Shown piece after piece: positions 1-9,863 of a DNA stretch of 32,000 nt (position 1 is its first letter; each line of letters starts with the position of its first letter). The stretch is taken from assembly GCF_000195855.1 (NCBI RefSeq), contig NC_002677.1, positions 900,001-932,000 on the forward strand, in the 5' to 3' direction. The notes beneath the pieces are model-generated. The model ran no database searches, was not told where the DNA came from, and worked only from the letters and a program-made list of their open reading frames with translations. The DNA comes from Mycobacterium leprae TN. Its GTDB lineage: Bacteria > Actinomycetota > Actinomycetes > Mycobacteriales > Mycobacteriaceae. The translations under genes and the position numbers were made by a program.

Positions 1-380
1 TCTGCCAGTTCTTCCCGACGCTGTCGTGATCGTTCAGCGTCTTGCTGTCAAACGCGATGCGCGCACCGTCCGGCCGGTAGCCCACATCGAAGTTCTGCGG
101 GCGCACGCCGCCGACTATTCGCACGGCACCAACTTCCACACAATCGGGCTGCGATGGTTGCAACTGGCTGGCGGTGGGAACCACGATAGGGATGTTTCCG
201 AGCATCACCGACAGTGCGCCCCCGACAGCCACGTCGATCAACGTGCCAAAGTCCATCCCGTCCTTCTTGGAAAACTTCGAGCTGAAGAGCCATTTTCGGC
301 CGAAAGCGGTGAGCTCATCTTTGGGCAGGTTGATCCCAGGCATCGGCTGCAAGACGGCCACGGGTGCGAAGCTTAATCGC
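1..380 (-). pseudogene. Fragment of a restriction-endonuclease-like or conserved hypothetical protein, interrupted by at least one frameshift and cut by the window edge
   Basis: Minus-strand translation gives VAVLQPMPGINLPKDELTAFGRKWLFSSKFSKKDGMDFGTLIDVAVGGALSVMLGNIPIVVPTAS, then continues in another frame as QLQPSQPDCVEVGAVRIVGGVRPQNFDVGYRPDGARIAFDSKTLNDHDSVGKNWQ. The two parts read as one protein with a frame change near 165-190. The nuclease assignment is only pattern-based. Confidence 0.45.
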
Positions 381-392
381 CGCAGTGAGGAT

Positions 393-1766
393 TCATTTGC
401 GTAGCAACAGGTCGGCGACCCTTACCGGTTCGCGTAAATCGGTCGGCTCGTGAGCATACCCGATCGCGATGGCGCCCAACGGCTCCCAGTCGGCTGGTAG
501 TTCGAGCTCGGCGCGGACCAGGTCGTCGGCGAAGATCGTTGAGCCAATCCAGCAACTTCCCAGCCCGCGCACCGCCAACGCGACCAGCAGGGCTTGCACC
601 GCTGCTCCGACAGCGACAATGAACATTGTATGCTCGGCACTGGCACGGGCGGCGTCGGGGTAGGCATGTGCGCCGTCGGGAACCATGAAGGGAATGATGA
701 CCTCGGGTGCGTCGTAGAGGATCTGGCCGCGCGCCACACGCTGTGCTATTGCGTCGGCGGGCAAGGCGTCACTGGCGAGGTCTAAGCGCCACTTGTCGGC
801 CATCCGGTCTAGCAGCCGGGTCCGGACAGCCGGGGTTTGTAGCCACACAAACCGTACCGGCCGGGTGTGGTGTGGGGCTGGGGCGGTGAGGGCCTCGGCC
901 ACGGCTGTTTCGATGAGCTCCGCTGCTATTGGTTCATCGCTGAACTGGCGCACTGACCTGCGCAAGAGTTGGGCTTGTTGGCGACCCAGCTCGAGGGCTT
1001 CGGTGGTACCGAGCCAGAACAGGTCGTCGGGGCCATTTCGCAGCAGGTGCTGTGCGGTCGAGCCGTCGTCAGTCGGGCTAAGGCCGCGCACTACGGCCAC
1101 CGGCATCGCAGTCAATTTGCCCTTGACCAGATCGGTGGCCGCCGCGACCTCGTCGGCCACCGCGATTTCGGTGACCACTAACTCGTTGCCGTAGCGGTCG
1201 ACGGCACCCGAATAGTTGTGCAGCACAGCCAAACCAGCCGCACCTATCGCGACGTCGGTCTGGCCATTGCGCCAAGCGCGGCCCATCGTATCAGTGATGA
1301 CCACCGCGACGTTGACGCCGAGCATCGCGCGCAACCCAATGCGCAGCACTGCGGCGCTGGCGTCGGGATTGACAGGTAGCAGCGCGAGTTCGCCCCGGCC
1401 GACGTTAGATCCGTCCACACCGGCGGCAGCTTGCACCAGCCCGAGCCCGTTCTCGATGATCAAGGTTCTGCCTTTGCGTGCCAGCACGCGTATCGTTTCA
1501 TCGTTGATTAACTTGCGGCGCAGTTCATTTCGTCCTCTAGTATCCTCGGGAGCCGGGACCAGCCGACCCTCGCACTTGGATACCACCTTGCTGGTAACCA
1601 CCACGACGTCGCCGTCGCGCAGCCACGGTGCGGCCGCGGCGAGCGCGGCACTCAGATCGTCGCCGGGACGGAATTCGGGAAGCCCGGCGACAGGAAGGAT
1701 CTCGATCGTCGAGGCGGTGCCATGCTCAGGCGACGGTGCAGAGCGGTGCGAATCCGAACTGGTCAC
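393..1766 (-). CDS. fbiB: FbiB, coenzyme F420:L-glutamate ligase with C-terminal FMN/nitroreductase-like domain
   Basis: 457-aa ORF. N-terminal [17 protein letters not shown]...[14 protein letters not shown] and [13 protein letters not shown] are typical of F420 gamma-glutamyl ligase; the C-terminus is nitroreductase-like ([12 protein letters not shown]...GLGSCWIGS). ATGA overlap with the upstream fbiA stop. Confidence 0.95.
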   Translation of the reverse strand: MTSSDSHRSAPSPEHGTASTIEILPVAGLPEFRPGDDLSAALAAAAPWLRDGDVVVVTSKVVSKCEGRLVPAPEDTRGRNELRRKLINDETIRVLARKGRTLIIENGLGLVQAAAGVDGSNVGRGELALLPVNPDASAAVLRIGLRAMLGVNVAVVITDTMGRAWRNGQTDVAIGAAGLAVLHNYSGAVDRYGNELVVTEIAVADEVAAATDLVKGKLTAMPVAVVRGLSPTDDGSTAQHLLRNGPDDLFWLGTTEALELGRQQAQLLRRSVRQFSDEPIAAELIETAVAEALTAPAPHHTRPVRFVWLQTPAVRTRLLDRMADKWRLDLASDALPADAIAQRVARGQILYDAPEVIIPFMVPDGAHAYPDAARASAEHTMFIVAVGAAVQALLVALAVRGLGSCWIGSTIFADDLVRAELELPADWEPLGAIAIGYAHEPTDLREPVRVADLLLRK

Positions 1767-2764
1767 GCCGACACGCCCGCGAGCTGAAGCCCGATGTTAA
1801 CCATGTCAGCCGTTGTCTTCGGGCTGCTCATCAGCAGCGGTATCGACCGCACCGCGACCCCCTCGATTTCAGCGTGGTCGTCTTCGTGTACCAGCCAGCA
1901 GTCCAGAATCCCGGTGGTGCGGCGCGCTCCATAATGCTGGCCCACTGCCGTTGCTGTGGATTGTACCCCGATCACTGTGAGACATTTATCGGCCATGCCG
2001 CGCAACGGCTTTCCATCAATGATTGGCGAGTAGCCTACGACCGGAGCGGTGGTTGTCCGAAGTGCACCGCGAATACCGGGGATGGCCAGGATGGCGCCTA
2101 TACTTACCACCGGATTCGATGGTGCCACCAAAATGACGTCGGCGTCAGCGATAGCTGCTACCGCTTCAGTTGCGGCGCTGGCTTTTTCCGCTCCAACATA
2201 GGCGAAACTGTGTGTGGGTACCTGGGCGCGGTAGCGTACCCACCATTCCTGGAAGTGGATTGCGCGCCGGCTGTCATTGATCGGATCAGTGATCACCACG
2301 TGGGTTTCACAGCGGTCGTCACTGGCTGGCACCAACCGTGCTCCTGGTTGCCAGCGGTCACACAGTGCAGTGGTGATCTGCGACAGCCGGTAGCCGGCAT
2401 TCAGCATCTGGGTGCGTACCAAGTGAGTGGCCAGATCGCGGTCCCCGAGTTCGAACCAGTCGGGTTGCACGCCGTACCGCGCGAGTTCCTCCTTGGCGTG
2501 CCAGGTTTCGTCGCGGTGACCCCAGCCGCGCTGCGGGTCGATCCCATCGCCTAGGGTGTACATGCAAGTGTCCAGATCTGGACAGACACGCAACCCGTGA
2601 ATCCAGGCGTCGTCGCCGATATTGACAACGGCAGTTAGCTCGTGGCCTGTTGTTAAGGTATCTGGGCATTGCTGAGGGCCAAACTGACCCAGGCCGAGCA
2701 GTTGCTGAACCCCCAGCAGGAAGTGGGCACCGCCCACACCACCGACCAGAACCGTGACCCTCAC
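1763..2764 (-). CDS. fbiA: FbiA, 2-phospho-L-lactate/phosphoenolpyruvate transferase of F420 biosynthesis
   Basis: ORF track gives 1763..2920, but the family N-terminus is (M)[17 protein letters not shown], which fits a GTG start at 2764 ([24 protein letters not shown]). Gene order fbiA-fbiB conserved. Confidence 0.93.
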   Translation of the reverse strand: MRVTVLVGGVGGAHFLLGVQQLLGLGQFGPQQCPDTLTTGHELTAVVNIGDDAWIHGLRVCPDLDTCMYTLGDGIDPQRGWGHRDETWHAKEELARYGVQPDWFELGDRDLATHLVRTQMLNAGYRLSQITTALCDRWQPGARLVPASDDRCETHVVITDPINDSRRAIHFQEWWVRYRAQVPTHSFAYVGAEKASAATEAVAAIADADVILVAPSNPVVSIGAILAIPGIRGALRTTTAPVVGYSPIIDGKPLRGMADKCLTVIGVQSTATAVGQHYGARRTTGILDCWLVHEDDHAEIEGVAVRSIPLLMSSPKTTADMVNIGLQLAGVSA

Positions 2765-3133
2765 ACCGCATGATAGTACCGCTCTGCTCACCGCCTGCTT
2801 GCGGGGGAGAGTCGGGGCATTGAGCCCGACCCACAGCACCCCGTGGAACAGGGAAGGCGGGAAAAGATCTGCGCAGAGCTTGTGACCAGATGCGCTCGAC
2901 ATGCCGAGGGCTGACGGCAACAGAAACGCCGAAATTCGATCACAACATGGTATGGAAATTCGCAGTCACGCTTGACCCGGCAGGTCAACCCGTGTCTAAT
3001 CACAGTAGTGTCATTTCACGGTTAGTCGGTTCCGGTGTCGCAGGCCGAGATTCGATCACTTGTTCGATTTGTCTGTATATTGCATACGGGGGGAAAGATC
3101 ACCCTCAATCACACGGTGAGGAGACGGACGACC

Positions 3134-3496
3134 ATGTCCTATAAGGACCTTCGGGGCGTAATGGGAAGCACACCGCCCACCCCGTCCGGCATAGCGCAGG
3201 CAGGAATCACCCGGCCTTATTTGAGCGTGGTTCCCAAAGCGCTGGTCGCATTCGAAGTCGAATCTGAGCCGGAGTCGAGTGACCAATGGCAAGACCGGGC
3301 ACTATGCGCGCAAACGGATCCGGAGGCTTTCTTTCCTGAAAAGGGTGGCTCTACGCGCGAGGCCAAGAAAATTTGTCTGGGTTGCGAAGTGCGCCACGAG
3401 TGCTTGGAGTATGCCTTGGCACATGACGAGCGCTTCGGCATCTGGGGTGGTCTTTCCGAGCGTGAGCGTCGCCGCCTTAAACGTGGTGTCATCTGA
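3134..3496 (+). CDS. whiB2: WhiB2/WhmD, WhiB-family Fe-S regulator
   Basis: WhiB signature CAQTDPEAFFPEKGGSTREAKKICLGCEVRHECLEYALAHDERFGIWGGLSERERRRLKRG with four cysteines. ATG at 3134 (MSYKDL...) resembles the WhmD-type N-terminus and follows a purine-rich gaggag. An internal GTG at 3227 would give an 89-aa form. Confidence 0.93.
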   Translation: MSYKDLRGVMGSTPPTPSGIAQAGITRPYLSVVPKALVAFEVESEPESSDQWQDRALCAQTDPEAFFPEKGGSTREAKKICLGCEVRHECLEYALAHDERFGIWGGLSERERRRLKRGVI

Positions 3497-3524
3497 TTGT
3501 TAGAGCCCACTCTGGACCAGCGGC

Positions 3525-4028
3525 TCAGTCGTCCATCGTCGGGTCGATGGCTGAAGGCTCGACGTCTAAATAAATCGCTACCTGAGCCACCAGAATATCG
3601 TGCAGCAATTCACCAAGTTCGACGGTGTCGTGGGCTCGCCGCTCGATCGGCTTGCGGAACAAGACAATTCGCGCCCGCGTGGCATTGCTGCGAACGTCGA
3701 CGCCAGCGGGGATCAGCCGGGCGAGCGCGATCGGTCCGTCGGCGATAACCTCGGGGGGCCATTGCACGTTTTCTGGGTTCCGGGCGGCTATGCGGGGAAT
3801 CTCGTCGACCGCTACGTCGAGCTCCGACACCCGCCCTTGCCAGCGTTGTTCGATGGGTTCGTAGGCCTCCAGTACTGCCATGTCGAACCGCTCGGCCCGG
3901 CTACGCCATCCCGGAACCGTTGGCGGCAGTAGCGGACCGCGGATGTCGCGGCCCCGTTTCGCGGCTCGGCGCGAAGAGAACCGGCGAGACCACTGACCAT
4001 GCCTCGAGGAACTGCAAGAATTACTCAC
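3525..4028 (-). CDS. Conserved actinobacterial metallopeptidase-family-like protein (Rv3259-like)
   Basis: Uninterrupted ORF containing RGRDIRGPLLPPTVPGWRSRAERFDMAVLEAYEPIEQRWQGRVSELDVAVDEIPRI...HDILVAQVAIYLDVEPSAIDPT. Position between whiB2 and the DUF3499-like gene matches synteny. Start codon uncertain. Confidence 0.75.
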   Translation of the reverse strand: MSNSCSSSRHGQWSRRFSSRRAAKRGRDIRGPLLPPTVPGWRSRAERFDMAVLEAYEPIEQRWQGRVSELDVAVDEIPRIAARNPENVQWPPEVIADGPIALARLIPAGVDVRSNATRARIVLFRKPIERRAHDTVELGELLHDILVAQVAIYLDVEPSAIDPTMDD

Positions 4029-4118
4029 TGGGCCGATGGTAACGGTTAAATATTCCGTGTCTAACGGATGCGCGTGTCCGGCGCTTCAGCGACGTTTTCG
4101 CACGATAGCCTTTCGGTC

Positions 4119-4565
4119 GTGAATGTTCCCCGTCGCTGCTGCCGGCCCGGGTGTCCGCACTACGCTGTGGCGACGTTGACGTTCGTTTACTCGGACTCGA
4201 CAGCGGTGGTAGGTCCACTCGCTACCGTGCGGGAACCGCATTCGTGGGATCTGTGTGTCGATCATGCCGCTCGTATCACTGCACCGCGTGGGTGGGAACT
4301 TGTGCGCCATGCCGGGCCATTGCCCAGTAATCCCGACGAGGACGACCTGGTTGCCCTGGCAGACGCTGTACGCGAAGGCCCGGGTGGTGAGCACGGGTCC
4401 TACGGGAACGGAGCCAGGGCATCGCTAGGTGGCTTCGCAGATCCCCAGCTACAGTCTGCAGGAGCTCATGCCACCGTGCCTAGCGGTGGTCTGCTCGCAC
4501 CATCCGAGCTGCGTTCCGGACGGCGGCGTGGACATCTGCGAGTATTGCCCGACCCCTCCGATTAG
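4119..4565 (+). CDS. DUF3499-like conserved protein (Rv3258c-like)
   Basis: GTG start gives VNVPRRCCRPGCPHYAVATLTFVYSDSTAVVGPLAT...SWDLCVDHAARITAPRGWELVRH, the conserved N-terminal Cys-rich domain. ORF extends upstream to 4068. Confidence 0.8.
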   Translation: MNVPRRCCRPGCPHYAVATLTFVYSDSTAVVGPLATVREPHSWDLCVDHAARITAPRGWELVRHAGPLPSNPDEDDLVALADAVREGPGGEHGSYGNGARASLGGFADPQLQSAGAHATVPSGGLLAPSELRSGRRRGHLRVLPDPSD

Positions 4566-4663
4566 TTCGGACCAGCAGCCGGTGATTCACCGATGTCGTT
4601 ACAGGCCGTTAGTGCCCGTATCTCTGTTGGGCCGATAGGCTGGCGCCAAGAGTCCCCGTCATC

Positions 4664-4669
4664 AGGAGG
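4664..4669 (+). promoter_or_regulatory. Shine-Dalgarno sequence of manB
   Basis: aggagg ends 5 nt before the ATG at 4675. Confidence 0.75.
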
Positions 4670-4674
4670 CCCGC

Positions 4675-6081
4675 ATGTCTCGGCCCGCCGCGGCTGTTCA
4701 CCGTGTCGTCAAGGCATATGACGTACGCGGGCTAGTGGGTAAAGAAATAGATGAGTCGCTTAGCGCCGATTTCGGCGCGGCATTTGCGAGGTTAATGCGC
4801 GCTGAAGGTGCTCGACAGGTGGTGCTCGGCTACGACATGCGTGACAGTTCGCCATCGCTGGCCGCGGCTTTTGCGACAGGGGTAACTGGTCAGGGAGTTG
4901 ATGTGGTGCGGATTGGTCTATCCTCTACCGATCAGCTTTATTTCGCCGCGGGGTTGCTGGATTGCCCTGGTGCGATGTTCACCGCGAGCCACAATCCGGC
5001 GGCCTACAACGGCATCAAGCTGTGTCTTGCCGGCGCCAAACCGGTTGGTGCAGATACTGGGCTGGCCATCATCCGCGACGATGTGATCGCCGGGATCCCA
5101 CCGTACCCGCTTTCCCGAGGGCGGCCCGGAACCATTGCCGATCGTGATGTGCTGGCCGACTATGGGGTGTTTTTGCGGTCGTTGGTGAACACCGCTGGGC
5201 TGCGTCCATTGCGGGTCGCCGTGGACGCCGGCAACGGCATGGCCGGTCACACTACACCTGCTGTGCTTGGCGCCATTGATTCGATCACCTTGTTGCCGTT
5301 GTACTTCGAGCTCGATGGCTCGTTTCCCAATCACGAAGCCAACCCGCTGGACCCGGCGAACCTGGTGGATCTGCAGGCCTATGTGCGTGACACCGGCGCC
5401 GATATCGGGCTGGCCTTCGACGGGGACGCCGACCGTTGCTTCGTGGTTGACGAACGCGGTTTGTCGGTCTCACCGTCGACGGTAACCAGCTTGGTGGCCG
5501 CTCGTGCGCTCAAACGGGAGATTGGTGCCACGATTATCTACAACGTGATCACCTCTCGCGCGGTGCCTGAACTGGTCAGCGAGTGTGGCGGCACACCGCT
5601 GCGTTCGCGTGTTGGACATTCCTACATCAAGGCGCTGATGGCTGAGACTGGAGCGATTTTCGGTGGTGAACATTCGGCGCACTACTACTTCCGCGACTTT
5701 TGGGGTGCCGACTCCGGGATGCTGGCCGCGCTATATGTGCTAGCCGCTCTCGGTGAGCAGCAAAGGCCGCTCTCGGAGCTGGCCGCTGACTATCAGCGCT
5801 ACGAATCGTCCGGTGAGATCAACTTTACCGTGGCGGACGCGCCGAGCTGTATGGATGCTGTAGTGGAGTTTTTTGGTAGTCAGATTCATTCCATCGATCA
5901 CCTTGACGGGGTGACAGTGGATTTGGGCGGCGGCAGCTGGTTCAACCTGCGTAACTCCAACACCGAGCCGTTGCTGCGGCTCAATGTGGAGGGCCGTAGT
6001 ACCGAGGATGTTGACGTGGTGGTCGCCCAGATTAGTGCTCAAATTGCTGCCCACATATCCGGTCCGGAGGCGGAACCGTGA
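4675..6081 (+). CDS. manB: Phosphomannomutase/phosphoglucomutase family
   Basis: 468-aa ORF with YDVRG, catalytic TASHNPAAYNGIK, metal-binding DGDADRCF and the C-terminal SNTEPLLRLNVE motifs. Confidence 0.95.
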   Translation: MSRPAAAVHRVVKAYDVRGLVGKEIDESLSADFGAAFARLMRAEGARQVVLGYDMRDSSPSLAAAFATGVTGQGVDVVRIGLSSTDQLYFAAGLLDCPGAMFTASHNPAAYNGIKLCLAGAKPVGADTGLAIIRDDVIAGIPPYPLSRGRPGTIADRDVLADYGVFLRSLVNTAGLRPLRVAVDAGNGMAGHTTPAVLGAIDSITLLPLYFELDGSFPNHEANPLDPANLVDLQAYVRDTGADIGLAFDGDADRCFVVDERGLSVSPSTVTSLVAARALKREIGATIIYNVITSRAVPELVSECGGTPLRSRVGHSYIKALMAETGAIFGGEHSAHYYFRDFWGADSGMLAALYVLAALGEQQRPLSELAADYQRYESSGEINFTVADAPSCMDAVVEFFGSQIHSIDHLDGVTVDLGGGSWFNLRNSNTEPLLRLNVEGRSTEDVDVVVAQISAQIAAHISGPEAEP

Positions 6082-7175
6082 ACGCCACTCGGTTGATTGA
6101 TCTCGAAGACACCAAGGGCTTGATTGCTGCTGACCGGGACGGCTTGCTGCGGGCCGCCTCGTCGGCCGGTGCCCAAGTGCGCGCTATCGCTGCTGCGGCC
6201 GAGGAAGGTGCGTTGGAGACGCTGCGTGCTCATGATCGTCCACGTACCGTGATCTGGGTGGCCGGCCGTGGCACCGCCGAGACGGCTGGGGCCATGTTGG
6301 CCGCGACATCCGGTGGTGCTACCACCGAGCCGATCGTCGTTGCGAGCGAGGCCCCGCCTTGGGTCGGGCCGCTTGATGTGCTGATTGTTGCGGGAGACGA
6401 CCCCGGTGATCCGGCGCTGGTCGGTGCTGCCGCGACCGCAGTGGGCCGGGGTGCGCGGGTGGTCGTGGTGGCGCCGTACGAGGGGCCGCTCCGTGACGCG
6501 ACGGCCGGCCGTGTTGCGGTGCTCGAGCCGCGGCTGAGAATTCCCAACGAGTTCGGATTGTGCCGGTACCTGGCTGCGGGCTTGGCCGCATTGCAAACCG
6601 TGGACCCCAGGCTGCGCCTCGATCTGGCGATGCTCGCCGACGAGTTGGACTCCGAAGCGTTGCACAACAGCGTTGGCTACGAGGTTTTTACCAATCCGGC
6701 CAAGACACTAGCTGCGAGTGTGTCCGGTCATAGGGTGGCGTTGGCGGGCGACTGTGCTGCGACGCTGGCGCTGGCTCGGCACGGTAGTTCGGTGCTGCTG
6801 CGGATTGCACACCAGGTTACATCCGCCACCGGGCTCTCGGATGCTGTTGTGGCGGTACGTTCCTCGGTCGACGTTGCCGACTATGCCCCTACTTCGGTGG
6901 ATGTTCTTTTTCACGACGAAGAGATCGATGGATCGCTACCCGAGCGACTGCGGGTGTTGGCGCTCACATTGGCCAGCGAGCGGACCGTAGTGGCTGCCCG
7001 GGTCGTTGGGCTCGACGACGTCTACCTCGTCGCGGCTGAGGATGTGCCAGACGGGCCCAGCGGCTTGGCTGGGTTACCGGTGTCGGGTGGCGCCGATCGC
7101 GCTGAGCAAGAGCTGGCAATGTTAGCTGTTCGGCTTGAAATGGCCGCGGTTTATTTGCGATTGGTACGGGGATAG
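6078..7175 (+). CDS. SIS/phosphoglucose isomerase-like protein (Rv3256c-like)
   Basis: 365-aa ORF with 4-bp ATGA-type overlap with manB (6078-6081), lying between manB and manA as in other mycobacteria. Confidence 0.88.
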   Translation: MNATRLIDLEDTKGLIAADRDGLLRAASSAGAQVRAIAAAAEEGALETLRAHDRPRTVIWVAGRGTAETAGAMLAATSGGATTEPIVVASEAPPWVGPLDVLIVAGDDPGDPALVGAAATAVGRGARVVVVAPYEGPLRDATAGRVAVLEPRLRIPNEFGLCRYLAAGLAALQTVDPRLRLDLAMLADELDSEALHNSVGYEVFTNPAKTLAASVSGHRVALAGDCAATLALARHGSSVLLRIAHQVTSATGLSDAVVAVRSSVDVADYAPTSVDVLFHDEEIDGSLPERLRVLALTLASERTVVAARVVGLDDVYLVAAEDVPDGPSGLAGLPVSGGADRAEQELAMLAVRLEMAAVYLRLVRG

Positions 7176-7182
7176 ATAGACA

Positions 7183-8415
7183 GTGGAACTGCTACGCGGA
7201 GCGTTGCGGACATATGCGTGGGGATCGCGGACCGCTATCGCCGAATTCACTGGAAGACCTGTGCCGGCTGCTCACCCTGAAGCTGAGCTCTGGTTCGGTG
7301 CGCACCCCGGTGACTCGGTTTGGCTACAAGCAGCGAACGGCGAAACTTCGCTACTGGAGGCTCTGGTCGCTGATCCGGAAGGGCAGCTTGGCTCAGTGTC
7401 CCGCGCTCGATTTGGTGACGTGCTGCCGTTCCTGGTCAAGGTGCTGGCAGCTGACGAACCGCTGTCGCTGCAGGCCCATCCGAGCACCAAGCAGGCGGTC
7501 GAGGGTTACCTGCGCGAAGAACGTCTGGGCATTCCGGTGTCCTCGCCGGAACGTAACTACCGGGATACCAGTCACAAGCCGGAGTTATTGGTGGCGCTGC
7601 AGTCATTCGAGGCGTTGGCTGGATTTCGTCAGTCGTCACGCACTGCTGAGCTACTGACGGCGTTAGCCGTCTCCGACCTCGACCCTTTCATTCATTTGCT
7701 GAGCGACCAGTCCGACGCCGACGGTCTGCGTGCGCTGTTCACTACCTGGATAACCGCGCCCCAGACCGACATCGACATGCTGGTACCTGCCGTGCTGGAG
7801 GGGGCGATCGCCTACGTCAGTTCCGGAGCGACGGAGTTCCTGGCGGAAGTCAAGACGGTGATGGAACTTGGCGAGCGTTATCCCGGCGACGCCGGCGTGC
7901 TGGCATCGTTGTTGCTTAACCGCATCAGCCTCACTCCCGGCGAGGCTATCTTCTTGCCGGCCGGCAACTTGCATGCCTATTTGCGAGGTGTTGGGGTGGA
8001 GGTGATGGCTAACTCCGACAACGTGTTGCGAGGAGGCCTCACCCCCAAGCATGTCGATGTGCCTGAGCTGTTGCGGGTGCTGGATTTCAACCCAACTCCC
8101 GAGGAGGCGCTGCGCCCGCCGACCCGCTGCGAGGGTTTTGCGGTGGTTTACGAGACCCCGACCGATGAGTTCGAGGTAGCGCTATTGGCGCTCGACGGCG
8201 ATTATCTGGGTCACGAGGTCGATGCGTCACCCCACGATGTGTCGCAAGGCCCACAGATCTTGTTGTGCACCGAGGGTGAAATTACGGTGCACGGCAAGTT
8301 CCAGGCACTCACCGTAGAACGCGGTATGGCTGTCTGGATGGCGGCCGACGACGGCCCGATTCGGCTGGTCGCGCAGCAACCCGCCAAGCTGTTCAGGGCA
8401 ACCGTCGGTTTGTGA
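7183..8415 (+). CDS. manA: Mannose-6-phosphate isomerase, class I
   Basis: 410-aa ORF (GTG start) with AYAWGS-type N-terminus (RTYAWGSRTAIAEFTG), AELWFGAHP, PLSLQAHPS, KPELLVAL and PAGNLHAYLRG motifs. Confidence 0.95.
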   Translation: MELLRGALRTYAWGSRTAIAEFTGRPVPAAHPEAELWFGAHPGDSVWLQAANGETSLLEALVADPEGQLGSVSRARFGDVLPFLVKVLAADEPLSLQAHPSTKQAVEGYLREERLGIPVSSPERNYRDTSHKPELLVALQSFEALAGFRQSSRTAELLTALAVSDLDPFIHLLSDQSDADGLRALFTTWITAPQTDIDMLVPAVLEGAIAYVSSGATEFLAEVKTVMELGERYPGDAGVLASLLLNRISLTPGEAIFLPAGNLHAYLRGVGVEVMANSDNVLRGGLTPKHVDVPELLRVLDFNPTPEEALRPPTRCEGFAVVYETPTDEFEVALLALDGDYLGHEVDASPHDVSQGPQILLCTEGEITVHGKFQALTVERGMAVWMAADDGPIRLVAQQPAKLFRATVGL

Positions 8416-8599
8416 CGGCTTGCCTTCGCTCACGTAGCTACAACCGGAGTGTGTGAGCGCTGGTGCGACATTTATTTTATTTCGACCGGGCGGACCTAAG
8501 TACAGGCTGTCAAGAAGGGTGGGGAATCGGTGCAGAAACGATTCGGCGAAAACGGGATCGGTCTCGGCGGCTCTGAGAAACTAGTCAACCAGCCGGCCG

Positions 8600-9789
8600 A
8601 CCGGTCGGTAAGACAGAGGTGTGTGTGTCCGGAAGTGAGATAAAAACAGAGATCAGCGATGGTGTTCATTGCCCATACCAGGTAGGTGGTCTTGGAGGTG
8701 GCCGAACACAGTACGCGGGCCAGTTCGCCGTTGCGGGACTCCAGCTCCCGTTGTAGATGGACTTGGCCTGCAGCGACGCCATCGTCATTTCTTGCCCCGA
8801 ATGGGTGGGGTTGCAGCTTGGCTACGGCGTAACCGAAGGGAACAATCCTGCTCGGGAAACGGTCCAGTTTGTCTATAGTGGCGCCATCTGCTGGCCGGAA
8901 AAGCGTGAAAGACTCCGGGTCGCCGCACGAGTCAGCGCGCGCCAGGGGGACACCCAGATTCAAGAGAAGCAGCGTGTCGGCGCCAGCGCAATCATATCAG
9001 GAAATGTCGATAGAATTTGGTGTAGGCTACACCAAAGGCAGGTGTCATTCTCTATAGCATAATATGCCCAACCTCCAGCGACTTGTGCTATAGATACACC
9101 GGTGATAACCACCTTTTCCACTAACAGGCCCTCAGGGATACCACGTTGGTGGGTGGTATAGCGGATGCCGATGTCCACCGTGTCTTCAGTTGCTTTCCGG
9201 CATCCCAACGACGACAACCACACCGGCAGCTGGATGCCGTGGCCGGTAGCGTCGACCACAAATTCGGCGCACACGACCTCTGGGCACTTCGACTAGCAGG
9301 AATCTATCAACACACCGGTCACTCGGTGCTGCGAACGGTCCAACAGTGGCGGCAGGATAGACCTCCACACGATCTCGACTTTGGCGATGCAGCGGCCCCG
9401 TCGTCGCAGCTGCCACTCCAGATGCGACCGACTGGGCACATAGGCGGTGAATTCATCGTGCAGGATGTGTTCCATTCTAAGTATATGCCCCGCGACGCCC
9501 GGATAGATGCAGTCCGGTTAGTTCTTCTGAAGTATCGGCACGGCGGTGGCTACACATATCCTTCAACAGGCCCGTAAACAAGCCCTCGAACTCGTTTGTC
9601 CCACGGGTCACCAAGCTAGATTGAGGTGTCGGTCTTGGGGACTGTGGCGCGGTTTGTCGGTGCCGTTGGCAGGTCGTTGTGCTTGAAAAATTGTTAGAAG
9701 TCCAAGAGCACCCGCGATGCGGATAAACCAGCAGTGCTGGCCCCGATGGCAACAGCGTGGCCCCTTGTGCTTTCCGCTACCGTGCGCAT
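8600..9789 (-). pseudogene. FAD-dependent oxidoreductase pseudogene (Rv3254-like)
   Basis: Minus-strand pieces in different frames: HAVAIGASTAGLSASRVLLDF (degenerate GxGxxG start), YVPSRSHLEWQLRR, AEFVVDATGHGIQLPVWLSSLGCRKATEDTVDIGIRYTTHQ..IPEGLLVEKVV, then RWRHY.., FPSRIVPFGYAVAKLQP and LQRELESRNGELARVLCSATSKTTYLVWAMNTIADL. Boundaries approximate. Confidence 0.85.
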
Positions 9790-9863
9790 TCCCCGGAGGT
9801 TATTCGGTACTGTGCCGTTACGACGGCTGACGAAGGGACAGGTTGATGGCCAGTCAATGGCGG

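Noticed and set aside
1628-2554. Long plus-strand ORF (308 aa) antisense to fbiB/fbiA
   Set aside because: Shadow ORF from high-GC coding sequence on the opposite strand; its translation shows no recognisable family.
9146-9577. Plus-strand 143-aa ORF in the 8.5-9.8 kb region as a novel gene
   Set aside because: It overlaps minus-strand fragments matching an FAD-dependent oxidoreductase, so it is antisense to a pseudogene.
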